Shown one piece after another: positions 35,314-44,098 of a stretch of DNA of 64,000 nucleotides. Position 1 is the first letter of the stretch; every line of letters starts with the position of its first letter. The notes below the pieces were generated by a model that was not told the DNA's origin, did not search any database, and worked only from the letters and a program-made list of their open reading frames with translations. The stretch lies in the NCBI GenBank assembly GCA_035998215.1, contig DASYHU010000025.1:134867-198866 (forward strand), in the 5' to 3' direction. This stretch comes from Roseococcus sp. (lineage in GTDB: Bacteria; Pseudomonadota; Alphaproteobacteria; Acetobacterales; Acetobacteraceae). A program made the position numbers and the translations under genes.

Positions 35314-36033
35314 TCAGGAGCGTGTGCCCGGCAGCGTGGCGGGCTGGAGGAACGGGGTCAGAACCGCCGGCGGGAAGGGCTGCTCGGGCGCCTGCGCCCG
35401 GCGCTCCTCCAGCTGTCGGTTCAGCCGGTCGATGGCGCGCAGGATGCGGGCCGCCTCCACGCCCACCGGCGCATCGGTGGGCACGAGCTGCAGCTTCACC
35501 TTGGGCCAGGGAAACAGGTCGATCTCGACCTTCTCGACCGAGAAGCCACCGATCTCGCTCGCCTCCAGCACGGCGCGGACGATGGCCCGCTGCATGGCCT
35601 CGAAGGTGCCCGGGTTGCGGCGCGCGTGGCGCTCCAGCTGGCGTTCCACATGATCCCGGTCGGCCTCGGTCAGCTCGCGTGCTTGCCCGAAGGTCAGCGA
35701 CAGGCTGGGAATGAGGCTGACCGAGCTCTCGATTTCCTTGAGCTTGTAGCCGGCCACGTCCATCAGCCAGGCGAAGTCGTCGCGCGCGCGGGCATGGCGG
35801 CGCGCGGTGTCGGTGGCGCTGCGCATCATGCCATTGGCGCCCGGCGTGATGCCGAGCTGGTCCAGCAGGCCGGACCAGAGCTGGCCCGCGCGCTCGCCCA
35901 GGCTCGGGCTGGGCGGCAGGTCCTGCAGGGGCACGGTGACGACCGTGCTGGGCTGGGTGGCCGCGGGCATCGAGAAGGCGACTGCCCCCAGCAGCGCAAG
36001 CGCGGCGATGGCCCTGGTCTGGCGGTGCGGCAT
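35314..36033 (-). CDS. Secreted hypothetical protein
   Basis: 239 codons from MPHRQTRAIAALALLGAVAFSMPAATQ (signal peptide, ATG at 36033). The remainder (DDFAWLMDVAGYKLKEIESSV ... VEKVEIDLFPWPKVKLQLV) matches no family I recognise. Confidence 0.5.
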   Translation of the reverse strand: MPHRQTRAIAALALLGAVAFSMPAATQPSTVVTVPLQDLPPSPSLGERAGQLWSGLLDQLGITPGANGMMRSATDTARRHARARDDFAWLMDVAGYKLKEIESSVSLIPSLSLTFGQARELTEADRDHVERQLERHARRNPGTFEAMQRAIVRAVLEASEIGGFSVEKVEIDLFPWPKVKLQLVPTDAPVGVEAARILRAIDRLNRQLEERRAQAPEQPFPPAVLTPFLQPATLPGTRS

Positions 36034-36058
36034 GGCGGATGGTTCCTTCGTCGGGGGG

Positions 36059-37132
36059 TCAGCGGGAACGGAGCGAGAGGCGCTCGGCCACGCGCCGCTG
36101 GGCGTGACGCTCAGCCGGCGGGAGGGGGACGAGGCCGGCCAGTCCAAGATAGCCGCCCGGCCCAGCCGCCCGTTCGCTCGTGGCTTCGGTGAGGAGGGCG
36201 CGCAGGCCTTGCACAACGCCCACGCCCTCGCGCGTCGGCAGGTGCTGGCGCTTCGCGTAGAGGAAGACGACCTGCGCCTGGTTGTAGTCGAGCGTGGCGA
36301 TGCCGGCCGCGTCGGGCAGCACGCCGTCGAGCCGCAGCGGCAGCAGGTTGCCACCCGCGCGCAGCAGCTGGTCATAGGAAAGCACGGCGATGGTGCCCGG
36401 CGGCGCCGCCAGCAACGCGCCCATGATCTCCCCATGGGCGACAGGCACCGCCCGCTGATCCTCGCGCAGGGTCACGCACTTGGACCGGCGGTAGGACGCC
36501 TCGAACAACAGGCGAATGGCGCGCACTTCGCGGCAGCCCGCCTCCAGCATCAGGTCTTCCATCAGAGCGCGCATGCCGGTGCCAGCCTCGGGCACCAGCA
36601 TGCGGATCTCGCGCGGCGGCAGGGAGGGGTCGATCTCGGACCACAGCCGGGTGCGGTTGGGCTCGAAGCCCTCACCGCTGGTGCGCTCAGCCGCAAGGGC
36701 CTCATAGATCTGGCGGCTGGTCAGCGCGGGGGCGATGTCGCCACGGCGGGCGGCCAGCACCACGGCACTGTAGCCCAGGCGTAGCTCCACGACCTCGGTC
36801 ACGCCATTGGCGCGGCAGTGCTCCATGACACCGCGCGGCATGCGGCGGCTGACAAGGGCAAAGTCGGGCGTGTCGGGGCCTATGCCGGCACAGAAGCGCT
36901 CGAAAGCTTCACTGCCGCGCATCACCTCCAGTTGCGGCGGGTGCGCGCCCTGCGTCCCCTCGGCGAAGCGCTGCGCCAGCATGCGGCCCACCCCCTCCGT
37001 GGAAAAGGTGCCGGCGACGGTCAGCCGGTCGCGCAGGGTGAGCGAGCCAGTGGCCATGGCGGGCAGCGTGGCGAGCATCACGCCCAGCAGGCCGGCGAGT
37101 CCAAGGGCGGTCTTGCGCAAGATGATCTCCAT
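36059..37132 (-). CDS. Periplasmic PstS/PBP-like substrate-binding domain protein without a cognate transporter
   Basis: MEIILRKTALGLAGLLGVMLATLPAMA signal peptide (ATG at 37132), then LTVAGTFSTEG ... FCAGIGPDTPDFALVSRRM ... ELRLGYSAVVLA ... LPLRLDGVLP, which resembles PBP_like_2-type phosphate/anion-binding folds. Confidence 0.5.
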   Translation of the reverse strand: MEIILRKTALGLAGLLGVMLATLPAMATGSLTLRDRLTVAGTFSTEGVGRMLAQRFAEGTQGAHPPQLEVMRGSEAFERFCAGIGPDTPDFALVSRRMPRGVMEHCRANGVTEVVELRLGYSAVVLAARRGDIAPALTSRQIYEALAAERTSGEGFEPNRTRLWSEIDPSLPPREIRMLVPEAGTGMRALMEDLMLEAGCREVRAIRLLFEASYRRSKCVTLREDQRAVPVAHGEIMGALLAAPPGTIAVLSYDQLLRAGGNLLPLRLDGVLPDAAGIATLDYNQAQVVFLYAKRQHLPTREGVGVVQGLRALLTEATSERAAGPGGYLGLAGLVPLPPAERHAQRRVAERLSLRSR

Positions 37133-37172
37133 GGTCTGGACGGGGGCGACCCACAGGGAGGTGGGAGGGAGC

Positions 37173-37970
37173 TCAGGCGGGACCATCGATCCCCCCTCCC
37201 ATGGCCCGCAGCAGGGTTTCCTGGATGGCGTGCTCGACCGCGAGGCGCCCGCGCGCCTGGGCGAGCCAGCCGCTCAGCAGCGGTTGCAGCGCGGGGTCGA
37301 GCGTGGCCGCGTCATGCAGGGCCGCGGCCAGCTGGCCACGGCGCAGCTGTTCGCGGATGCGCTGCACGGCCGCCTCCGTGCCGCTCGTGGGCGGCGGCGT
37401 GGCAAGGCCCAACGCAGAGAAAGTGCCGCGCGCCGCGAGCCCCAGGCGCTCCAGCAGGCCGCCCTCGGCCGGGGTGCGCGCAAGGAGGGCGGGGGCCAGC
37501 GTGTCGAAGCGCTCCGCAAGGGCGGCCTCGCTGGCCAGGCCGCGCGCGGCGTGGCTAGCCAGCACCTCGGCCACGGGCGGCGGCAGCGCGCCAGCCGGGG
37601 CAAGGCTGACGGCCAGGTCGTATTCGCGTAGCCACGGCCGCGCGGTCGCCGCAGCGGCCTGCAGATGCAGCATGGCAAGGATGAAGCGTTCACGCGGGGC
37701 CGTCGCCGGCCCCATGTGCGCGGGCGCGCTGGCCGGCCGGGCCTGGCCGCGCTCGAGAGCGGAGAGCCGCGCGGAAATGGCCGCCAACTGCTCCTGCGGC
37801 ACCACCGCCATGCCGGAGCCCAGCGGCGGCGTGCGCCATTCGGCCCAGGCGACGCCCGCCACCACGCCCAGCGCCGCCGCGGCCGCAAGGCCCGCCAGCG
37901 CGCGGGGCGAGACGCGGCCAGGCCCGGAAGTCTTGGCCTGGACGTCGGCGCCTGGCGGCATGTGTGCCAT
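37173..37970 (-). CDS. Membrane-anchored protein with a mitofilin (Mic60/COG4223)-like C-terminus
   Basis: 265-aa ORF. Anchor ALAGLAAAAALGVVAGVAWA. The C-terminus VQRIREQLRRGQLAAALHDAATLDPALQPLLSGWLAQARGRLAVEHAIQETL resembles the alphaproteobacterial mitofilin-domain signature (L..GDL..A...L......W...A..R). Assigned by eye. Confidence 0.45.
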   Translation of the reverse strand: MAHMPPGADVQAKTSGPGRVSPRALAGLAAAAALGVVAGVAWAEWRTPPLGSGMAVVPQEQLAAISARLSALERGQARPASAPAHMGPATAPRERFILAMLHLQAAAATARPWLREYDLAVSLAPAGALPPPVAEVLASHAARGLASEAALAERFDTLAPALLARTPAEGGLLERLGLAARGTFSALGLATPPPTSGTEAAVQRIREQLRRGQLAAALHDAATLDPALQPLLSGWLAQARGRLAVEHAIQETLLRAMGGGIDGPA

Positions 37971-37990
37971 CTTGACCTACGCCGACCGCG

Positions 37991-38566
37991 CTAATGGACC
38001 AGCTCGACCGCGCCCGAGGCGGCGGTCAGGCCGGCATCCACCACCAGGGTGGGATGGCGGCGCCGGACCTCGGCGGCGAATTGGCGCAGACATTCATGGT
38101 GCGCCGCCTGTTCCGCCGCGGGCGCCGCCACGGCGGCGTCGCCGAAGGCGAGCTTGGCCGCGCCACAGTCACGATGGGTCAGCGCCACGACCCGCTGGAT
38201 GCGGTGCAGATCGACCGAGACGGCAAGGTTCTCCCAGAATGTCTCGTGCCACCCGGCGAAACGCGGATGCACCGCGCCGATCGGCCCGCCGGCGATCACG
38301 AACTGGCTGAAGCGCCCGCGCAGGCCGCGGGCGGCCATGTAGGCCGAGCTGGGCGAAGCGAAGCGCGGGTCAATGCAGTTCACCAGCATCGCCTCGTAGT
38401 TGCCGCTTGCGGCGCGGGCGGGCGAACCGGCCCAGAGCGTGGCCGCGAGGGCACCGCCCAAGCCGAATGCCTGGCGACGCCCCAGGGCGCCCATCGGCCC
38501 GCAGCAAGGGCAGGAATCCTCCGACGCCCCGGGCGTGCTGCCCTTGTGGCCCATGCTGCGCATCAT
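37991..38566 (-). CDS. Exported (Tat-type signal) beta-carbonic-anhydrase-like protein, paralog of 30752..31738
   Basis: GRRQAFGLGGALAATLWAGSPARA twin-arginine-like signal, then LVNCIDPRF (CxDxR), FVIAGGPIG and ALTHRDCGAAK (HxxCG). The start is ambiguous: Met codons lie at 38566, 38563, 38554 and 38494. Confidence 0.55.
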   Translation of the reverse strand: MMRSMGHKGSTPGASEDSCPCCGPMGALGRRQAFGLGGALAATLWAGSPARAASGNYEAMLVNCIDPRFASPSSAYMAARGLRGRFSQFVIAGGPIGAVHPRFAGWHETFWENLAVSVDLHRIQRVVALTHRDCGAAKLAFGDAAVAAPAAEQAAHHECLRQFAAEVRRRHPTLVVDAGLTAASGAVELVH

Positions 38567-38801
38567 GCGTGCTCCTCGGCTCTGCTGACGCGGCGCAGAC
38601 TGGACCGGCGGGCGTGAAGGCCGGGTTAACAGGGGCGACCCATCACATTCACGGGTGGTCCACCCCGGGCAGGCCAGGCAGGGCCACACGGCCGCCCGTC
38701 ACGCGCGGTTCACTTCCCGTTTACGCGCGGTCCCCGATCATGCGCCGCAGACGACTTGGCATTCGGTCTGGCAGAGGTGCTCGTTGAATCACACGCGGAG
38801 C

Positions 38802-39524
38802 ATGGAGGGCATTTCCTTCGCCGATCGGCAGCTGGCATCCGCCGAGGCCGGATGCGCCGACCCTTGGCGCCCCAGCGAATTCACCGCCTTCCTGCTCCAC
38901 ACGCTGCAGACCCGCGCCAGGCGGCATGTGCGCGGCACGGTGCTGGAGCTCGGCGTGGGCTCGGGTGTCGTGCTGGCGAGCCTGGGCGCACTCGGCGCGG
39001 AACGCCTGGTCGGCACCGACATTGACGCCGGCGCGCTCGACAGCGCCCGGCGCCTGCTGGCCGAAACAGGCCACCAGGCGGAACTGCGGCTGGGGGACCT
39101 TTGGGCCGGGCTGGAAGGCCAACGCTTCGACCTGATCGTGGCCAACCCCCCGCAATTCGCCGCCACCGTGCCCCGGTTTCCAACGCGCGCCCGCAGCTGG
39201 AGCGATGGCGGTCCGGATGGGCGGCGCGTGCTGGATCCCCTGCTGATGGGCCTGGGGCCGCACCTGGCCGAGGGGGGCCGTGCGCTACTCGTGCACAGCG
39301 CCTTTCTGGGCATCGGGCAGACGCGCAGACTGCTGGCGGCGCAGGGCCTCGCCTGCCGGCGCATCGCCTCCACACTCATGGTGGTGCCGCCCGGAAAGCG
39401 GGCCCTGATGAACCCCGCCGTGGCCGCCGCCACGAGCGCCAGGCTGTTGCAGCAGGTAGGCGAACACTGCTTCGTCCAGGCCGACATCCTCGACATCGCC
39501 CACCGCGTTGGCGCTGGCCGCTAG
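38802..39524 (+). CDS. HemK/PrmC-like class I methyltransferase with an NPPQ motif
   Basis: 240 codons from MEGISFADRQ. VLELGVGSGVVLASL (motif I), GTDIDAGAL, and DLIVANPPQF, where N5-glutamine/N6-adenine methyltransferases have NPPY/F. Its stop lies 3 nt before the next gene. Confidence 0.6.
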   Translation: MEGISFADRQLASAEAGCADPWRPSEFTAFLLHTLQTRARRHVRGTVLELGVGSGVVLASLGALGAERLVGTDIDAGALDSARRLLAETGHQAELRLGDLWAGLEGQRFDLIVANPPQFAATVPRFPTRARSWSDGGPDGRRVLDPLLMGLGPHLAEGGRALLVHSAFLGIGQTRRLLAAQGLACRRIASTLMVVPPGKRALMNPAVAAATSARLLQQVGEHCFVQADILDIAHRVGAGR

Positions 39525-39527
39525 GGC

Positions 39528-41168
39528 ATGAGCCATCCGGGCGGCGCCTGCTTCGTGCCTGTGTGGCGCCCGCTGCTGGCGGCGCTGCTGCTCTGGCTGC
39601 TCGCTGGCGGAGCTGCGGCGGGTGCCGCGCCGGGCGAGACGCGCATCGCGGAACTGGTGACGGAGGCGGAGGCTTCCGCCTGCACGGTGAATGACGCCCT
39701 GGTCGCCGTTCTCTGCCGCGGCATCATCCGCGTGGGCGTGCGCACGGACTATGCGCGATTCGCCGAACGCCGCGCCGCGCACGAATGGGTGGGGTTCGAG
39801 GTGGACCTCGCGCGCGGCCTCGCGGCGCGGCTCGGCGTGCAGCTCGAACTGGTCCCCGTCACGCCCGCCAACCGCATCGCCATGCTGGCGGAGCGGCGGG
39901 TGGACGCGGTGATCGGCACCATGGGGCATACGGTGGCGCGCGACAGCCAGGTCCGCTTCATCCGCCCCCACTACTATGCCTCGCGCACCGTCATCGTGGG
40001 CGACCGTCGCGTGGCCACCGACGGCACCGGGGATCTTCGCGGCCTGACCGTCTGCGTGACCATCGGCAACGCGGACAATGCGCGGATCGCGGGCGAGGGC
40101 GCGCGTCTGCTGCTGTTCGACAACCCCGCGCAGATGCTCGACGCGCTTCGCCTCGAGGTCTGCACCCTGGCCATGCACGACGACGCGCTGTTCAGCGTCC
40201 ACCTCGCGGACCCGGCTTTCGCGGCGCGCTTCACGACCCGCATGGTCGTCTCCACCCTGCCCTGGGGCATGGCCACCCGGCAGGAGGATCGCCTGGCGCG
40301 CGTGATGGACATCCTCTCCACCCGCTGGCACGCGGAGGGGTATTTCCTCGCCCTGGCAAATCACCACGGCATCGCGGAGGGTCCGCTGCGCGAGGAACAG
40401 GCGCGCTGGCAGGACCCCGCCTGCCTCGGCGCGGATGGCGCCCCGCGACTGGAATGCCTGGCGCCGCCCGCCGTGCTGCTGCTGCTTCCCTCCGCCATCG
40501 CGCCCGGGGTCGAGGTGCTGGAGCGCTGGCTGCTGGATTGGCTCGGCCTGCGCGTGTCGCTGCCCATGCTGAAGTCCCAGATCGCGCTCGAGGTGTTCCT
40601 GCGGGGCATCGTCATCTCGCTGCTGCTGGTCGCCGGCGCGCTTGTCGCGACACTGGGGCTGGCGCTGGGGTTCGGCGCCGCCCTGTGCGCGCGCCACGCG
40701 CTGCCGCGCCTCGTCATGCGCGCGCTCACGGGGCTGCTGCAATGCTCGCCCCTCGTGCTGCTGCTGTTCTTCGGCTACGCCGCGGTGAGCGTCATCCTGC
40801 CCTATTCGACGGGTGTCGCATTGCTGCTCGCGATCGTGATGATCGGGCTCTACAACGGCAGCCACGCCGCCGCCGGCATCGCCGACGCCCATGCCGCCCT
40901 GCCGCCCGACGTGCCGCCGGAGTTGCGGTTCCGGCTGGCGGTGCGGGGCGCCTCGGTGCAAATCATGTCCTTCCTCGTGAACGCCACCAAGAGCACATCC
41001 ATCGCCAGCATGATCGGCGTGCCCGAATTGCTGAACGCGCTGACCGACATCACCTCCTTCACCAGCGAGCGCGTGCTGACCTACTCCTTCCTGCTGGTGT
41101 TCTATGCGTCGCTGGTGGCGCTGGTGGTGTGGGCCGGAGGGCGGGTGCAGCGCCGGCTACCGGCATGA
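39528..41168 (+). CDS. Fusion of a polar-amino-acid-type periplasmic binding domain with an ABC permease domain
   Basis: 546-aa ORF. Signal/anchor LLAALLLWLLAGGAAAGA, a binding domain (IIRVGVRTDYARFA ... GFEVDLARGLAARLGV ... DAVIGTMGHT), and a C-terminal His/Glu/Gln/Arg-type permease (LLQCSPLVLLLFFGY ... KSTSIASMIGVPELL). Confidence 0.75.
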   Translation: MSHPGGACFVPVWRPLLAALLLWLLAGGAAAGAAPGETRIAELVTEAEASACTVNDALVAVLCRGIIRVGVRTDYARFAERRAAHEWVGFEVDLARGLAARLGVQLELVPVTPANRIAMLAERRVDAVIGTMGHTVARDSQVRFIRPHYYASRTVIVGDRRVATDGTGDLRGLTVCVTIGNADNARIAGEGARLLLFDNPAQMLDALRLEVCTLAMHDDALFSVHLADPAFAARFTTRMVVSTLPWGMATRQEDRLARVMDILSTRWHAEGYFLALANHHGIAEGPLREEQARWQDPACLGADGAPRLECLAPPAVLLLLPSAIAPGVEVLERWLLDWLGLRVSLPMLKSQIALEVFLRGIVISLLLVAGALVATLGLALGFGAALCARHALPRLVMRALTGLLQCSPLVLLLFFGYAAVSVILPYSTGVALLLAIVMIGLYNGSHAAAGIADAHAALPPDVPPELRFRLAVRGASVQIMSFLVNATKSTSIASMIGVPELLNALTDITSFTSERVLTYSFLLVFYASLVALVVWAGGRVQRRLPA

Positions 41169-41178
41169 GCATGGCGCG

Positions 41179-41802
41179 ATGATCGAGGTCCTGCCCGACT
41201 TCCTGCCGCGCTTCTTCGCGGGCCTGGCCGTAAACGTCGAGATCGCGATGCTCTCGCTGCTGGTGGGGCTGGCGGCAGGGCTTCCGCTGGCCGTGATGCT
41301 CTGCGCGGGGCCGCTGGCCGCGGGGCCGGCGGCGGCCGTGGTCGGGCTGCTGCGGGCGGCCCCCACCTTCGTGGTGATGTTCTTCCTGCTCAACGCCGTG
41401 CCGCGCGAGTATGCGGCGACCCTCGGCTTCCTGGGCGATTGGAGCATGACGGCGGTCATCCTCTCGCAAGCCGTCTACGCGGTCTCCTATGTGGCGGACA
41501 ACGGCCAGGTGGCGCTGCGGGCGCTGCGCGCGCGCGACGGCGCGACCGCGGTGCTGTTCCTGCCCAACCTCGCGCGGGCCTTCTGCGTGCTGCTGATGTC
41601 GTCCGGGGTGGCCGCGGCGGTGGGTACGCCAGAGGCCATCTTCACCACCATCCGCGAGGCCGAGCGCATGCCCGCCCTGGCCGACCGCGTGGCCCTCTTC
41701 CTGCTGGTGATGCTCTTCTTCGCGGTGACGATGCAGGCCGCCTTCGCCCTGATCAACCGGCTGCGCTTCCGCCTGGCGCGGGCGCTGGCGCCCCGTGGGT
41801 GA
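41179..41802 (+). CDS. ABC transporter permease (polar amino acid type)
   Basis: 207 codons from MIEVLPDFLPRFFAGLAVNVEIAMLSLLVGL. LLRAAPTFVVMFFL ... is a typical permease core. No ATPase gene follows. Confidence 0.7.
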   Translation: MIEVLPDFLPRFFAGLAVNVEIAMLSLLVGLAAGLPLAVMLCAGPLAAGPAAAVVGLLRAAPTFVVMFFLLNAVPREYAATLGFLGDWSMTAVILSQAVYAVSYVADNGQVALRALRARDGATAVLFLPNLARAFCVLLMSSGVAAAVGTPEAIFTTIREAERMPALADRVALFLLVMLFFAVTMQAAFALINRLRFRLARALAPRG

Positions 41803-42505
41803 GGGGCGCGGGGCCAGGAGCAAGGGTCAGCCGGAGAGGCCGGCCTGTTCCAGGCTGTGCCGGCGGTGGCACCGGCCGGCGGCGCGCCGACATGGGACCT
41901 TCGGGGCGGCTTGATCGCATGCGAAGCATCTTCGCGCATGGTCCCGATGTCCGATTCGATGCTGGCGAAGACAGCGCAACACCCAGCATGAGGACGGGGA
42001 AATTCGGGCCGTGTGGCCGCCGGTTCTGTCGAGTGGCGCTCGTTCGCGGATGGGTGGGCAGGACATGGAAAGCAACGCCCGCGCCGGGGTGCTGCGTGCG
42101 AAACCAGTCCGCTGCGCAAGGGATGTGGTCCAACCCTGGCTCTCCACAGGGGGCCCCATCGGCACAAGTGCAAAGGTCAGCGCCCTGCGCCTGATCTCCA
42201 AATGGGCGTGGCCGTCCGGATCCAGGCCCAGCGAGACATGGCTTGGCTGATCGAACCCCGGCACCCGTTCGACATTGCCGAGCGGCGTGAGCAGGGATTC
42301 AACGGCGTCTCCAGTCAGGCCACCTGCCAACTTGCCGAGGAGGCACGGGCACTGCGCGGGGGAAGCATCGTGAAGGCGGAGGTGTCGCCGCCTTGCACCG
42401 ACGCATAGCCGCATAAAGCTGACACCGAAACGAAGCCAGGGTTGGGGTCAAAACCCCGCCTCACTCCGTAGAGACATCTTTGATTCCTGCGCCTTGGGAG
42501 AGATC

Positions 42506-42581
42506 TGGCGTCCCGTACGGGATTCGAACCCGTGCTGCCAACGTGAAAGGCTGGTGTCCTAGGCCTCTAGACGAACGGGAC
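42506..42581 (-). tRNA. tRNA-Glu (anticodon UUC)
   Basis: Reverse complement: GTCCCGTTCGTCTAGAGGCCTAGGACACCAGCCTTTCACGTTGGCAGCACGGGTTCGAATCCCGTACGGGACGCCA. 7-bp acceptor stem, anticodon stem CCAGC/GTTGG with loop CTTTCAC, T-loop GGTTCGAATCC, encoded CCA. 76 nt. Confidence 0.9.
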
Positions 42582-42703
42582 TAGCGCTGGGCCGTCGCAT
42601 AGAGGCCCCCCGGCCGCAGGTCAAGCGGGGTGGCCCTCGGTTGTGGAACACACGCGCCAGTGCCAGCATCCGCCCCATCAAGGCAGGGAGATGTAGGGCA
42701 AGG

Positions 42704-44098
42704 ATGCAACCGTCCCGGGACGGCGCGCTGCGGCGCGCGGAGGAATGCTTCGACAGCGGCGCCTATCTGGAGGCGCTGCGGCGGCTGGTCGCCGTGCCCA
42801 CCGAGAGCCAGATGGCCGGCAGCCAGCCCGCCCTCACCCGCTATTGCGAGGAAACCATCCCCGCGCTGATGGAAGGCATGGGCTTCGAGGGCCGGGTCAT
42901 TCCCAACCCCAACCCCCAGTTCGGCCCGGTCTATGTCGGCACCCGCATCGAGGACCCTGCCCTGCCCACCATCCTGGTCTACGGCCATGGCGACGTGGTG
43001 CGCGGGCTGGCCGGCAAGTGGACGGATGGGCTCGACCCCTTCGCCGTCACCGTCAAGGGCGACAAGTGGTATGGCCGCGGCACGGTGGACAACAAGGGCC
43101 AGCACCTCATCGCCATCGAGGCGCTGCGCGCGGTGATCGCGGAACGCGGGCGGCTTGGCTTCAACGCCAAGGTGCTGGTCGAGACGGGCGAGGAGCAGGG
43201 CTCGCCCGGGCTGCGTGACCTCATCATCCAGCACCGCGACGCCCTGGCCGCCGATGTCTTCATCGGCCTGGACGGCCCGCGCCAGACCACCTTCATGCCC
43301 GAGCTGAAGCTCGGCGCGCGCGGCGGCATCGCGTTCGACCTCGTGGTGCATCTGCGGAACGAGGCGCATCATTCCGGCCATTGGGGCGGCGTGCTGCGCG
43401 ACCCGGGCTTCGTGCTGGCCCACGCGCTGGCCAGCATCGTGGACCAGGACGGCAAGATCCTGGTGGAGGGCTGGACGCCGAAATCGGTCCCGCCCGGCGT
43501 GCGCCAGGCCATCGCGGGCCTTGTCTTCGAGGACATCCCGGGCCTGCCGGAAGCGGACCCGAAATGGGGCGAACCCGGGCTGACCAAGGCGGAAAAGATC
43601 TTTGGCTGGACCAGCGTCATCGTGCTGGCGCAGATCACGGGCCACCCCGACGCCCCCACCAATGCCGTGCAGGGCGAGGCGCGCGCCCGGCTGCAAATCC
43701 GCCACACGGCGGACGTGCCGGCGAAGGACTTCCTGCCCGCTTTGCGCGCCCACCTGGACGCGCGCGGCTTCGAGAGCGTGCAGATCATCCCCGTGGCCGA
43801 GCGCGATGTCTTCGGCGCCGCCCGCACCGACCCGTACAACCCCTGGGTCGGCGTGGTGGCGGAGAGCATGACGCTGACCGCCGGCCGGGCGCCCAACATC
43901 GTGCCCAATTCCTCAGGCTCCAACCCGTCGGACATGTTCATCGAGGAGCTGGGCCTGCCCGTGCTCTGGATTCCCAACTCCTATGCCGGTTGCAACCAGC
44001 ACGGGCCGGACGAGCACGCGCTGGCGCCGCTGCTGCGCGAGGGGCTGCGGCTGATGGCGGGCATCTGGTGGGATATCGGCGAAGGAAAGCGCGGCTGA
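42704..44098 (+). CDS. M20-family metallopeptidase / amidohydrolase
   Basis: 464 codons from MQPSRDGALRRAEE. LVYGHGDVV ... WYGRGTVDNKGQ ... VETGEEQGS ... are typical M20/M25/M40 metal-ligand motifs. Confidence 0.85.
   Translation: MQPSRDGALRRAEECFDSGAYLEALRRLVAVPTESQMAGSQPALTRYCEETIPALMEGMGFEGRVIPNPNPQFGPVYVGTRIEDPALPTILVYGHGDVVRGLAGKWTDGLDPFAVTVKGDKWYGRGTVDNKGQHLIAIEALRAVIAERGRLGFNAKVLVETGEEQGSPGLRDLIIQHRDALAADVFIGLDGPRQTTFMPELKLGARGGIAFDLVVHLRNEAHHSGHWGGVLRDPGFVLAHALASIVDQDGKILVEGWTPKSVPPGVRQAIAGLVFEDIPGLPEADPKWGEPGLTKAEKIFGWTSVIVLAQITGHPDAPTNAVQGEARARLQIRHTADVPAKDFLPALRAHLDARGFESVQIIPVAERDVFGAARTDPYNPWVGVVAESMTLTAGRAPNIVPNSSGSNPSDMFIEELGLPVLWIPNSYAGCNQHGPDEHALAPLLREGLRLMAGIWWDIGEGKRG

Noticed and set aside
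38567-38801. The 235-nt divergent intergenic region between the exported beta-CA-like gene and the NPPQ methyltransferase, scanned for riboswitch-like or operator structure.
   Set aside because: I found only weak, imperfect inverted repeats (for example around ACCCATCACATTCACGGGTGGT). Nothing can be supported without computation.
41827-42414. A 195-aa minus-strand ORF and the overlapping 131-aa plus-strand ORF (42013..42408) next to tRNA-Glu.
   Set aside because: No domain-like motifs, odd Cys/Arg/His-rich composition, no ribosome-binding site context, and mutually overlapping frames. I treat the region as non-coding or decayed; see the finding on it.
42581-43753. A 390-aa minus-strand ORF starting at the tRNA-Glu boundary.
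   Set aside because: It is antisense to the M20 peptidase gene, whose metal-ligand motifs are clear. Its translation is low-complexity.
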